A stretch of DNA of 64,000 nt from Nitrospirota bacterium (lineage in GTDB: Bacteria; Nitrospirota; UBA9217), in assembly GCA_963737155.1 (NCBI GenBank), contig CAVTRN010000002.1, positions 1,504,001-1,568,000 on the forward strand, read 5' to 3'. The stretch's first letter is position 1, and every line of letters starts with the position of its first letter. Below, one piece after another: positions 54,121 to 64,000 of the stretch. The position numbers and the translations under genes are program-made. The notes beneath the pieces are model-generated. The model worked only from the letters and a program-made list of their open reading frames with translations, searched no databases and was not told the DNA's origin.

Positions 54121-55291
54121 CCTTACCTGCAATCACGTGCCGCGGTCAGACGGAGTGCCGGCGGCAGATCTTGGACGGCTTTTCCCAGAGCCGTCTATTA
54201 CCGCCCCCCTTCTTTCGCTGTTACAGGAATCGGGTATTGACGGTTTTAACCTGCGCAGTATCGTGGTGTCGAAAGATGATGTTCCTGTTCTCTTATTGCC
54301 GTTATTTGAGACTCGTTTTGATTTGTCCACTTTTGCGGAGGGATGGATCAAGAAATCGCTGAAAGTGTCAGGCCGTCTCGTCCCCTCGGTTTTTCAACCC
54401 CGCGTTCTGGGCGTGGGATTGGTGGAAGGGGAATGGAGTGAAATCGGGATCGATCCTCAAATCGATGAGGGCACCCTAGATGCGGCGTGCAACATGGCCT
54501 TGAGCGTCCTGCACACGCTTGCGGCCGAACTTAAAAGCGACATCGAGGCGCTTTACAACTTTAATCAGTACAGCAAGCTTCCCGGGGAAGTATTCAAGAA
54601 ATTCAACCAGGTGCAATTTAGGTCTTGCGCCCGCTTGCCGATCAATTTTAACAGCATGGAGGAATACCTAGGTCGCCTTTCAAGTGCCGCGAGAAAAGAC
54701 CTGCACCGCAAAATGCGGGTTGCCCCCGAAATCCGGGTAATTCGAAGTCGTACTATTTCGCCTTTTCTGGACAGGATCTACCAGCTTTATCGGGAAACAG
54801 TGGAGCGCAGTCCCATGGCGCTTGGCGTGCACAACCGTTTATTTTTTGAAAAGATCTGTGAAAAAGTACCGGGCGCCGAGTACACGCTCTATTTTGTGCA
54901 GGAAGAACTCGCCGCTTTCAACCTTCTCGTCATAAAACAGCAATGGATGGAGGATATATATTTCTGCATGGATCACGAGCTTGGCAGCAACTACAACCTT
55001 TATTTCTTATCCTGGCTTGAAAATGTCCGCACCTGCGTCGAGCGGAAGATCCCGCTCTATTACGCGGGCCAGGGCACGGAGAAGACCAAAGCGCATATGG
55101 GTGCGACGTTTATCCCGAGCTTTATTTTATTCAAGCACCGCCATCTGGTATTTGACCGTCTTCTTGCCGGGCAGCCGGCGTTGATTGCGAAGGTCCTCAG
55201 CCATCTCGGGTTTTGGCCAGCCGCCTCCTCGAGCCGCTTCGGATGTTCTGGCGCGGAGCCGACAGGAGCAGGTCCTTGTACGCCGCCTTGA
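54113..55291 (+). CDS. GNAT / FemAB-like acyltransferase
   Basis: MEEYLGRLSSAARKDLHRK, LYFLSW, GQGTEKTKAHMGA. Confidence 0.8.
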   Translation: MNNLTCNHVPRSDGVPAADLGRLFPEPSITAPLLSLLQESGIDGFNLRSIVVSKDDVPVLLLPLFETRFDLSTFAEGWIKKSLKVSGRLVPSVFQPRVLGVGLVEGEWSEIGIDPQIDEGTLDAACNMALSVLHTLAAELKSDIEALYNFNQYSKLPGEVFKKFNQVQFRSCARLPINFNSMEEYLGRLSSAARKDLHRKMRVAPEIRVIRSRTISPFLDRIYQLYRETVERSPMALGVHNRLFFEKICEKVPGAEYTLYFVQEELAAFNLLVIKQQWMEDIYFCMDHELGSNYNLYFLSWLENVRTCVERKIPLYYAGQGTEKTKAHMGATFIPSFILFKHRHLVFDRLLAGQPALIAKVLSHLGFWPAASSSRFGCSGAEPTGAGPCTPP

Positions 55292-55402
55292 TCCGGTCGC
55301 GCAGAAGAATGAACTCAGACGGGGTGAGCGTCTTCAACGCCCGCAGAAGTCCTGACGTAACAACGTTCAATACCGTTTCCCATAGAGGCGAGATGGAGAT
55401 TC

Positions 55403-56353
55403 ATGACCAAAGAAACTGAATACGCAATCGAAGTCGAAAAACTGACGAAGCGATACGTGGATTTACTGGCGGTCAAAGACATATCGTTCAACGTCAGGAA
55501 AGGCGAGGTGTTCGCCCTGCTGGGGCCGAATGGCGCCGGCAAGACCACTACCGTCGAGATCATCGACACAATCCGCACGCCCACGTCTGGGAAAGTGACC
55601 CTTCTTGGCATGGACGTCACGAAGAAGAAGCATAACATCGTCCACCGCATCGGCGTCCTCCCGCAGGGGTTCAGCTCTTTCGACAGGATAACGGTCAAAG
55701 AGACCTTGCAGTACTACTCGCGGCTTTTCAGCCACCCGAAAACCGATATTGACGGACTAATAGAGCTCGTGAACCTCAAGGACAAGACCAAAGAGCAGTA
55801 CAGGAACCTCTCTGGGGGACTGAGGCAGCGCCTAGGAATCGCGATCGCGCTTGTGAACGATCCCGAGGTCGTGTTCCTCGACGAGCCGTCGACAGGGCTC
55901 GACCCCCGAGCAAGACGCGAGGTGTGGGAAGTCCTGCAAGGGCTGAAGAAAAAGGGGAAAACGGTGTTTCTGACCACACACTACATGGAGGAGGCGGAAC
56001 TTCTTGCAGACACGGTCGCAATCATCTCGAGGGGGAAAATCATCGCGATGGGCTCACCCGGAGAACTCATCGAAAACAACGCACATGACTTGGTTCTTAC
56101 TCTGCAGTCCGTCGATGAAAAAGTCCTACACATCGTCCGGAAGATGGGCTTCAAGACGGCTCTGAACGACCATAACATCAAGATCAGGCTGGAGCACACG
56201 GACGATGTGCAGAAGATACTGAGCGCCATCAAGGATGCCGGGGCGTTGTACCTCGGCTTGGATGTTCGGAAACCCAACCTTGAAGAGGTCTTCCTGAAGC
56301 TCACCGGCGAGGTGCTCCGCGATGGTCCCGTCGGGGCAAAGGGGGCGGAATGA
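55403..56353 (+). CDS. ABC-2 exporter ATP-binding protein
   Basis: GPNGAGKT, LSGG, LDEP, TTHYMEEA. Confidence 0.95.
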   Translation: MTKETEYAIEVEKLTKRYVDLLAVKDISFNVRKGEVFALLGPNGAGKTTTVEIIDTIRTPTSGKVTLLGMDVTKKKHNIVHRIGVLPQGFSSFDRITVKETLQYYSRLFSHPKTDIDGLIELVNLKDKTKEQYRNLSGGLRQRLGIAIALVNDPEVVFLDEPSTGLDPRARREVWEVLQGLKKKGKTVFLTTHYMEEAELLADTVAIISRGKIIAMGSPGELIENNAHDLVLTLQSVDEKVLHIVRKMGFKTALNDHNIKIRLEHTDDVQKILSAIKDAGALYLGLDVRKPNLEEVFLKLTGEVLRDGPVGAKGAE

Positions 56354-57465
56354 ACCTGCGCATCATCGGTGCAAATCTCTTCGTGAAACTCATGAGTGTC
56401 TACCGCGAGAAGGCCGCCATGTTCTTCACGATTGCGTTCCCGATAATCCTGATACTCGTGTTCGGTACGATCTTTATGAGCAAGGACAACGTGAGCTTCC
56501 ACCTTTGCGTGCAGGACCTCGACCAGACGAATTCGTCCGCACAGACCGTCAAGGCCCTCGAGCTCGACGGGAAGTTCAAGATAACCAAGGTCGACCCGGC
56601 CATCAACGCCACCCAGTACATCAGGGACAACAAGGTGAACCTGGTCCTCGTTATTCCCAAAGGCTATGAAAGGTCCCTCTCGCAGAGGGCGATGTTCAGC
56701 GACCCCACCGCATCCGTCACCATCACCTATATATACGACCCCAGTTCCTCTTCGGTGCCCACGAAGATACAGATCCTGAACGCGGTGATCGCCGGGATTA
56801 ATCAGAAGATGTCCGGGACGCCGCCGTTCATCAGGTCGGCCGAGACATCGATACTTACCAAGAAATACCGGTTCATCGAGTTCTTCATTCCCGGCATCAT
56901 CGCAATGGCGGTGATGACGTTGAGCCTGTTCGGCACGGTGAACTTGAACACGGAGCTGCGACAGAAGGGCATCATCAGGAAACTGTCTACGACGCCTATC
57001 ACCCGTACCGACTGGATACTTTCGAACATTCTGTTCCAGTTTACGATCGCGGTCATATCCACGATCGCGATGCTGCTGGTAAGCTATGCCGTGTTTCACG
57101 TCCGCCTGCATATAGATGCATGGCTCCTTGTGTTCATTTTGCTTGACGTCTTCGCGTTCGTTGGGATCGGGATGATACTCACCCGCTTCGTCAAAGAGGC
57201 GCAGAGCGCCGCCGCCGCCGCAAACGCCATCAGTTTCCCAATGATGTTCCTCTCCGGGAGTTTCTTCCCCATCGAGCTGATGCCGGGCTTCCTGCAGACA
57301 TTCGCCAAGATACTGCCGCTGTATTACGTGAACGAGGGGCTCCGGGCATCAATGATATTTGAAGACAACATGGCTGCGCTGCGTTACTCAGCGATCATAG
57401 GGGTTTTTGCGGCCGTGGTCTTCATCCTGGGCATAATAGCCACCAAGTGGGAAGAGGACGCGTGA
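56350..57465 (+). CDS. ABC-2 exporter permease
   Basis: TM, periplasmic loop, further TMs; FIPGII, FLSGSFFP. Confidence 0.92.
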   Translation: MNLRIIGANLFVKLMSVYREKAAMFFTIAFPIILILVFGTIFMSKDNVSFHLCVQDLDQTNSSAQTVKALELDGKFKITKVDPAINATQYIRDNKVNLVLVIPKGYERSLSQRAMFSDPTASVTITYIYDPSSSSVPTKIQILNAVIAGINQKMSGTPPFIRSAETSILTKKYRFIEFFIPGIIAMAVMTLSLFGTVNLNTELRQKGIIRKLSTTPITRTDWILSNILFQFTIAVISTIAMLLVSYAVFHVRLHIDAWLLVFILLDVFAFVGIGMILTRFVKEAQSAAAAANAISFPMMFLSGSFFPIELMPGFLQTFAKILPLYYVNEGLRASMIFEDNMAALRYSAIIGVFAAVVFILGIIATKWEEDA

Positions 57466-57565
57466 TATAGCATAGTACTCCCTTCGCATCATCACTCAAG
57501 GAAGGAGGTTCGGCAAAAAAGACGCTGGTTGGTTTTATGGAAAAAAATATTGGAGAGATGAAAAC

Positions 57566-58918
57566 ATGAAAATAAAACTTATCGCACCCCATGAACATCG
57601 TCAAGACGCTTTATCCAGCCCTTTCAAGTTCCAAAGGGTGAATCTTCCTCTTCTGTCTGCGCTTACCCCGCCCGGCCACACAGTGACCCTTGTCGAGGAA
57701 TCTTTTGCGCCCGATGACATCAATCAAGATGTTGATTTGGTGGGCATCACCGTCTTGACCGAACTTGCGTTAAGAGCCTATCATATCGGTGACACCTATC
57801 GCCAGAAGGGTGTGAAGGTGGTGATGGGAGGAATACACCCCACGGTATTGCCAGACGAAGCTTTAAAGCATGCAGACGCTGTCGTTGTAGGAGAAGCGGA
57901 GGGCGTCTGGCCGCGACTTGTATCGGATGCCGCCTTGGGACAGATGCAAAGGCTATATCGGGCGGGTAAAATGACCGATCTCAAAGGCCTACCGAAACCA
58001 CAGCGAAATCTCTCACCTGGAACCAACGGTAAAGGTTATATCCCGATCCCGATCGGCGTCGAGACATCCCGCGGCTGTCCGTACGATTGTGAATTCTGTT
58101 GCATTGGCCAGACATTGGGGCATCAGTATCGAGTCAGGCCGGTTCAGGAGGTGATTGCCGAGATAGAGTCCATTGATTCCCCTCACCTCTTCTTCGTCGA
58201 TGACGCCCTTGGACTGAACCGGAATGCAGCGAAAAAGCTCTTTACTGAAATGATACCTCTTCGGCGGCGATGGCTGGCGCAAGGAACAGTGTCGTTGGCT
58301 GAGGACGTGGAGCTGCTCAGATTGATGGAACGTGCGGGGTGCCTGGGGCTTTTGATCGGGTTCGAATCGGTACAGAAAGGAACACAGAATGAGGTGAATA
58401 AAATAAAGAACCTGAGAATCGATTTTTATGAGGCCATGCATCGATTCCATGGCGAAGGTTTCGGTATACTCGGCTCCTTTGTTTTTGGCTTTGATTACGA
58501 AAATAAGGATGTGTTCGAGCAGACCCTTGAGTTTATAATGAGGAGTCGTATGGATGTTGCCCAGCTGAGGATTCTCACTCCTTATCCGGGAACACGGTTA
58601 TATGAGCGTCTCTTAAGCGAAGGCAGGTTGTTGGCCCGTGATTGGTGGCTCCGTGGATATCCTCCGGATACAGTCCTTTATCAACCCAAGGGCATGACTG
58701 CCGACGAACTCATTAACGGCTTCTCCCGCTTGAACAGACAAGTATATTCTTTCGGCGCAATGACAAAACGATTCTTTGGCATGAGCCCATGGAAACGGAC
58801 TCTGCTCGGCTGCCAGGCGTACGTTGGAGTCAATCTATCTACTCGTAAACGCTATTTCAAAGGTCTGAAGAATCCACAACCATTTGCAGAGGCTTCCAAC
58901 TCAATAGAAAAGCGGTAG
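57566..58918 (+). CDS. B12-binding radical SAM protein
   Basis: VVMGGIHPT, VVGEAE, SRGCPYDCEFC, TPYPGT. Confidence 0.93.
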   Translation: MKIKLIAPHEHRQDALSSPFKFQRVNLPLLSALTPPGHTVTLVEESFAPDDINQDVDLVGITVLTELALRAYHIGDTYRQKGVKVVMGGIHPTVLPDEALKHADAVVVGEAEGVWPRLVSDAALGQMQRLYRAGKMTDLKGLPKPQRNLSPGTNGKGYIPIPIGVETSRGCPYDCEFCCIGQTLGHQYRVRPVQEVIAEIESIDSPHLFFVDDALGLNRNAAKKLFTEMIPLRRRWLAQGTVSLAEDVELLRLMERAGCLGLLIGFESVQKGTQNEVNKIKNLRIDFYEAMHRFHGEGFGILGSFVFGFDYENKDVFEQTLEFIMRSRMDVAQLRILTPYPGTRLYERLLSEGRLLARDWWLRGYPPDTVLYQPKGMTADELINGFSRLNRQVYSFGAMTKRFFGMSPWKRTLLGCQAYVGVNLSTRKRYFKGLKNPQPFAEASNSIEKR

Positions 58919-59119
58919 ACATCACCTATGAAAAAACCGGCAAATATACACCGCGCATATCCTCTCAAAAGATCTTTACAGAATAAAATGGCTGACCCTC
59001 ACACCTCGCCATCGCTTCAAACCCAGATACCATGCTGTAACAGCAGAGTTTTCAATTTGAGCGTCGGTGTCACGCCAGGGCAGCGGCGCTCCTTCGACTT
59101 CTCTCCTTTTAACCATGCG

Positions 59120-59300
59120 GTCTTCCAAGAGCAACATTACCATCAAGAGCGTAACCACCAAGGAAGAGGTAATGTGTTGTCTTTTCCTTCTCCACGATAG
59201 GAGCAAAAGCGCGATCATCCTCATCAATGTCGAGAAAGGTTCGGAGGTCTGTTTAAATATTACGACCATAAGGCCGCATGAGTTGTTTGGTCGTACGGGA
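59120..59300 (+). pseudogene. C-terminal remnant of an integrase-core-domain transposase
   Basis: HYHQERNHQGRGN and ERFGGLFKYYDHKAA*. Confidence 0.6.
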
Positions 59301-60466
59301 TAACAAAAAAGCTGCCGCACGCATCCCTGGCTGTCACTCTGCGCAACGTGAAGAGTCCGGCAATAGCAAAAAAGAGATGCTTTGCTACGCTCAGAATTAC
59401 GGACCGGGCAGAATCGACGTTTGAGAAGCAAACTCAAAAGCTGAGCAACTATCACAATAAAACTTTTCGGTAAACTCCGCGCCCTCCGTGGCGGATGTTT
59501 TAGTAATCATGCATTCTTGTTTGCAAGCAGAAGCGAGGGGGCATCCATGGCCGAAAAAGAGAAAAAAACTCTGTTACCGCAAGATCAAACGGCTGCAGCT
59601 AAGCTCCAAGGCTCCGTGATCTACGGGCCGAGCTTGCTGACAGACCGTGACATTTACCTCTTTAAGGAAGGCAGCCACTCCCGGTTGTACGAAAAACTTG
59701 GGTCCCATCTCATGACCGTTGACGGCAAGGCGGGCGTGCTCTTCGCGGTATGGGCGCCGAACGCCGAGAAGGTTTCGGTCATGGGTGACTTCAACGGCTG
59801 GAACAATGCCTCCCATCAGCTTGCACCTCTGAGGGATGAATCGGGCATCTGGGAAGGGTTCGTGCCGGGCCTCGGGAACAGCAGCCTGTACAAGTACCAC
59901 GTTGTTTCCCGGCTTGGCGGCTACCGCGTGGACAAGGGGGATCCCTATGCCTTTGCCTGGGAGCTGTCGCACAAGACGGGGACCGCGTCTGTGGTCTGGG
60001 ACCTTAGGCAAGAGTGGAACGACCAGGACTGGATGCAGACCAGAAAGGCCAGAAATGCGCCGGACGCGCCCATTGCCGTATACGAAATGCACCTCGGCTC
60101 CTGGCGACGGGTGCCCGAGGACGGGAACCGATCGCTCAATTACCGCGAAATGGCCGAGTGGCTCCCGTCCTATCTCAAGGACACGGGCTTCACCCACGTG
60201 GAGTTCATGCCCGTGATGGAACACCCCTTCTTCGGGTCCTGGGGATACCAGGTGACGGGATACTTCGCGCCCACGAGCCGCTACGGCATGCCACAGGACT
60301 TCATGCATTTGATCGATCGCCTACACCAGGAAGGCATCGGCGTGATCCTCGACTGGGTGCCGTCCAATTTCCCGAGCGACGAACACGGTCTCGGTTATTT
60401 CGACGGGACACACCTGTACGAACATGCGGACCCGCGCAAGGGCTTACACCCCGACTGGAACACTTA

Positions 60467-61568
60467 CTAAGAACTACGTTAGTATAACCTCATAATTTTG
60501 CGTACGCACAAGTAGGCACATGAAAGAAACTCTCAACAATTTCCGGCATCTTTTGCAATCGACGCATCACTCGTCCGATCATGGACTTCATCTCGACCTT
60601 GGTCTGTGTAGTCGCTTTGGCAATTTTTGCCTTCACATGAGCCCACGCCAATTCGTCAGGATTCAGTTCTGGCGAATAAGGCGGCAGGAAGAACAGTTCG
60701 ATTTTCTTGCTGTTATCCTCAATAAACTGTTTTACCAACTTGGACTTATGGGCAGGATGGCTATCCACAATCAAAAAAACCTTTCTGTCCATATTAGTAA
60801 TCAGCCGTTCCAAAAACTCTCGAAACACGATGCCATTGACACGACCGTCGACTGTCATGAAACGAAAATGTCCCAAGGCATTCACCGCAGAAAGCATATT
60901 CATCGAGTAGCGTGCTCCAGTAGCTTTCACGATCGGTGTTTGCCCCTTGGTTCCCCACGTCGTACCGGCGTGGTAGTCCGACCGGACGCCCGATTCGTCA
61001 GCAAAGAATATCAGCGCGCCTTCTCGCTTGGCACGCGCAGCGATCTTGGGGTATTCTTCCGTCTTCCATTGATCCACCAGCACAGGATTCTGCTGCCAAG
61101 CCCGATACAGGGGGCGTTGCGGAGTAAAGCCAAGCCGTCTCATCAGTCGCCCCACCGAGACCTCACTCAATTTGATGCCAAAGTCACGTCGTATCAACTC
61201 ACGGATAATTGCCAGAGTCCACAGGGCGTATTCAAACTTCATTTGCAGCGGATTTTTCTCGCGTACTATTTTGGCAAGCTTCGCCATCTGCTTGGCATTT
61301 ACCTTCGTCGGCGCACCAGGGATCGGTTTGGCTCTCAACCCCGCTTCACCCTGGTAATGGTATCCCGAAAGCCATCGATAGATTGTTCTGCGGTTGATAC
61401 CAAGCCCCAACGCAACAAACTCTGGGCTTTCCCCGGCTTCAATGCGCTTTACCGCGCCCAGTCGCATTTCTTCCAAAGTCGTGTGAGAGTACGCTCGTCC
61501 GTCGGTAGTTTTTTTGCATTTCATGCCTCATAGTATAGCATATGAGGCTTTACTTGTGAAGTTCTTAG
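60467..61568 (-). mobile_element. IS630-family insertion sequence
   Basis: IRs CTAAGAACT / AGTTCTTAG; TA duplicated at 60465-60466 and 61569-61570. Confidence 0.92.
60490..61524 (-). CDS. IS630-family transposase
   Basis: HTH, FADESG, IVDSHPAH, LPPYSPELNPDE. Confidence 0.95.
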   Translation of the reverse strand: MKCKKTTDGRAYSHTTLEEMRLGAVKRIEAGESPEFVALGLGINRRTIYRWLSGYHYQGEAGLRAKPIPGAPTKVNAKQMAKLAKIVREKNPLQMKFEYALWTLAIIRELIRRDFGIKLSEVSVGRLMRRLGFTPQRPLYRAWQQNPVLVDQWKTEEYPKIAARAKREGALIFFADESGVRSDYHAGTTWGTKGQTPIVKATGARYSMNMLSAVNALGHFRFMTVDGRVNGIVFREFLERLITNMDRKVFLIVDSHPAHKSKLVKQFIEDNSKKIELFFLPPYSPELNPDELAWAHVKAKIAKATTQTKVEMKSMIGRVMRRLQKMPEIVESFFHVPTCAYAKL

Positions 61569-62785
61569 TATATCTTCAACTACGGAAGGCACGAGGTTCG
61601 GTCTTTTCTCTTGAGCAGCGCGCTCTTCTGGCTCGACCGCTATCACGCCGACGGCCTCAGGATCGACGCTGTGGCTTCCATGCTCTATCTCGACTACGGC
61701 AGGAAACAGGGTGAGTGGATCCCGAACGAGTACGGCGGCAAGGAGAACCTGGATGCCATCACGTTCCTGCGCAAGTTGAATGAGGAGGTCTACCGCGTCT
61801 TCCCCGACGTGCAGACCATTGCAGAGGAGTCCACAGCCTGGCCCATGGTCTCCCGGCCGGTCTACGCAGGCGGTCTGGGATTCGGGATGAAGTGGAACAT
61901 GGGGTGGATGCACGACATGCTCTTCTATTTCTCACGGGAACCCATTAACCGCAAATACCACCAGGGCCAGCTCACATTCAGCCTCTGGTACGCCTTCACC
62001 GAGAACTTCATGCTCGCCCTGTCCCACGACGAGGTGGTCCATGGCAAGGGATCCCTCATGGGCAAAATGCCGGGGGACGACTGGCAGAAGTTCGCGAACA
62101 TGCGGCTGCTCTTGGGCTACCTCTACACCCATCCGGGGAAAAAGCTTTTCTTCATGGGTGGGGAGATCGGCCAGCGGCGTGAATGGAACCACGATTGGAG
62201 CGTGGACTGGCATCTCCTTGATTTCGCGCCCCACCAGGGACTGCGGCGGTGGGTGCAGCATCTGAACATCCTCTACCGGGGCGAATCAGCGCTCTTCGAG
62301 CTCGATTTCGATCCCGCCGGGTTCGAGTGGGTTGATTTTACCGATGCCGACAACAGCGTTGTCTGCTTTCTGAGAAAAGGCAGGAACCCCGGCTATGCGA
62401 TCCTGGTCGTCTGCAATTTTACGCCGGTGACACGACACGACTACCACGTCGGCGTCCCCCTGGGCGGGTTTTGGCGGGAACTGCTGAATAGCGACGCACG
62501 GGAGTATGGCGGGAGCGACCATGGAAATATCGGAGGCGTCGAAGCTGTTCCGGTGCCCATGCACGGACGCTATCAGTCTCTCTCGCTCACCCTGCCGCCG
62601 CTGGGGATGGTGGTGTTTAAGAAGATTTAGGAGCGTGGGATGTAAGTTTAATCTCTCTATGAGATGTGTTTAAAAGATAACGTCCTTGGGAAAACCGCAA
62701 GCAACATTTAAGGTACGTCTGGTTGATCGATCAGAACCATCCATTACCTTAGACATCGAATTAATATACGGCATGAAGATTTTAA

Positions 62786-64000
62786 GGCTCTTGGCACGAT
62801 ACTATGGGCTGAAATGCGTTGAAAAGACACCCGGAAAGCGTTAACTTCTTGCAAATGACTCGCAATCATTAAGCAAGGAGGGGCCTTCCGGATGCATTTA
62901 GATTATCTCACACGCTTATTAGGAATTCAAGGGCATCATGTGACGGAGTTTGATATAGGATACCGAAAGGAACGTATATCCGTCATTGTTACGATAGCTC
63001 GGGATCATAAAACTCATACATGCGCGAAGTGTGGTGTAATAGACGTCGGCGGATACGACAGCAAGGAATTTGAGGTCCGCCATTTACTGTTTTGGAGTAC
63101 CCCAACATTTATCCGATTCGAGCGCTACCGCGGCAACTGTAAAGCGTGCGGGATTTTATCGGAACCTCTTGATTTTGTAGATGTCCGAGGACCGCGGGTC
63201 ACCGCAGAATTGGCGCATGTAACCAAGGAATTGTGCAAAGTGACAACGGTCAAGGCCGTGGGCGATATCCTGATGCTGCACCGACATACGGTCAAGGCGA
63301 TCGATAAACAGGCATTACAAGAAGAGCAGGCAAACCGCCCTCTGGACGGCATAAACGTATTGGGCATGGATGAACTTTCCCATGGAAAGGGCAAGGGTCA
63401 TAAGTATAAGCACATGATAAGCGCTCTGGATGGACCTCGTGGTCCCGAGATGCTGTTTGTGGGAAAAGGGCGAAAAGAACGCAACTTGAGCAAGTTCTGG
63501 AAGTGGTTTGGCAAAGAGCGTGCTCATATAATCACCCATGCAGTAATGGACATGTGGAAGCCGTTCCGCAACAGTGTCCGCAAGCACTGTCCGAGTGCGC
63601 AGATTATTTACGATAAGTTTCACGTTATCCAACACTTACTAAAAGCTCTTAATGCTGTGCGAGTACAGGAGATCCGAAAGGCCGGGAAATGGATGAAAGG
63701 CCGACTGTCGGGGAAAAAATTTATTCTGCTTTCCCGTCAAGCCCATGTACGAGGAAATGCGCGGGTAGAGCTGAATGACGCATTGCGAGCAAATAAGCGA
63801 TTGTTTAAGGCGCATTTGATGAAAGAGACGTTTGGGCACTTGTGGAGCTATGAATCAATAACATGGGCACGCAAGTTCTTTCGAGGTTGGGTAGACCAAC
63901 TTAAATGGAGTCGACTGAAGCCGATGCAAAAATTCGCACGTATGGTGGAAAAGCATCTGGATGGTATTTTGGCGTATTGCGATAATAAAGCGCCGCTTGG
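62786..64000 (+). mobile_element. ISL3-family insertion sequence (partial)
   Basis: GGCTCT terminus at 62786 followed by the transposase. Confidence 0.8.
62892..64000 (+). CDS. ISL3-family transposase (runs off window)
   Basis: AAGGAGG RBS; CAKCG..CKACG zinc ribbon, GMDE, MDMWKPF, DKFHV. Confidence 0.9.
   Translation, partial: MHLDYLTRLLGIQGHHVTEFDIGYRKERISVIVTIARDHKTHTCAKCGVIDVGGYDSKEFEVRHLLFWSTPTFIRFERYRGNCKACGILSEPLDFVDVRGPRVTAELAHVTKELCKVTTVKAVGDILMLHRHTVKAIDKQALQEEQANRPLDGINVLGMDELSHGKGKGHKYKHMISALDGPRGPEMLFVGKGRKERNLSKFWKWFGKERAHIITHAVMDMWKPFRNSVRKHCPSAQIIYDKFHVIQHLLKALNAVRVQEIRKAGKWMKGRLSGKKFILLSRQAHVRGNARVELNDALRANKRLFKAHLMKETFGHLWSYESITWARKFFRGWVDQLKWSRLKPMQKFARMVEKHLDGILAYCDNKAPL

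Larger units (their letters stand above)
59547..62630 (+). pseudogene. glgB: 1,4-alpha-glucan branching enzyme interrupted by IS630
   Basis: FAVWAPNA, SWGYQ, LDWVP, HPDWNT|[32 protein letters not shown]. Confidence 0.93.

Noticed and set aside
42485-57111. Long antisense ORFs over the GNAT, synthase and ABC genes (e.g. 42485-43441, 55981-57111)
   Set aside because: Shadows of well-supported plus-strand genes in GC-rich coding DNA
60520-61533. 337-aa antisense ORF over the IS630 transposase
   Set aside because: Codon-aligned antisense frame needing only absence of TTA/CTA/TCA codons; no recognisable motifs

Overview
Mosaic 64-kb accessory region, probably from an anaerobic Gram-negative bacterium (Nitrospirota/Desulfobacterota-like, inferred from protein style only). 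(1) 1-18.9 kb is a decayed hotspot around a minus-strand tRNA-Sec gene (13263-13361). Its 3' 24 nt are repeated at 2081-2104, delimiting an integrase-less ~11-kb island. It also holds IS1380, IS256 and IS701 pieces, an orphan attC-like site, and two differently deleted copies of an SRAP / NAD(P)H-binding / VOC module, one encoding an HU-VOC chimera. (2) 18.9-38.8 kb holds a PAS sigma-54 activator and a duplicated stress/envelope cluster (CsbD, BON, small membrane proteins, His-rich mini-lipoproteins, AI-2E, PldA, FtsH, AsmA). (3) 38750-42190 is a non-autonomous IS607-like tnpB element inserted at GG just before the apparent asmA stop codon. It carries a nested IS1380 with a stop-free 470-codon overlapping frame. 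(4) 42.4-58.9 kb is a candidate novel lipid biosynthesis cluster: ceramide-synthase-like GNAT, papain-fold protein, ~2770-aa ER-like x2/KS/AT/ACP2/KR/DH synthase, PPTase, second GNAT, ABC exporter and B12 radical SAM. (5) 59.5-64 kb has glgB split by IS630, then ISL3. All calls come from reading the sequence; no database searches were run.
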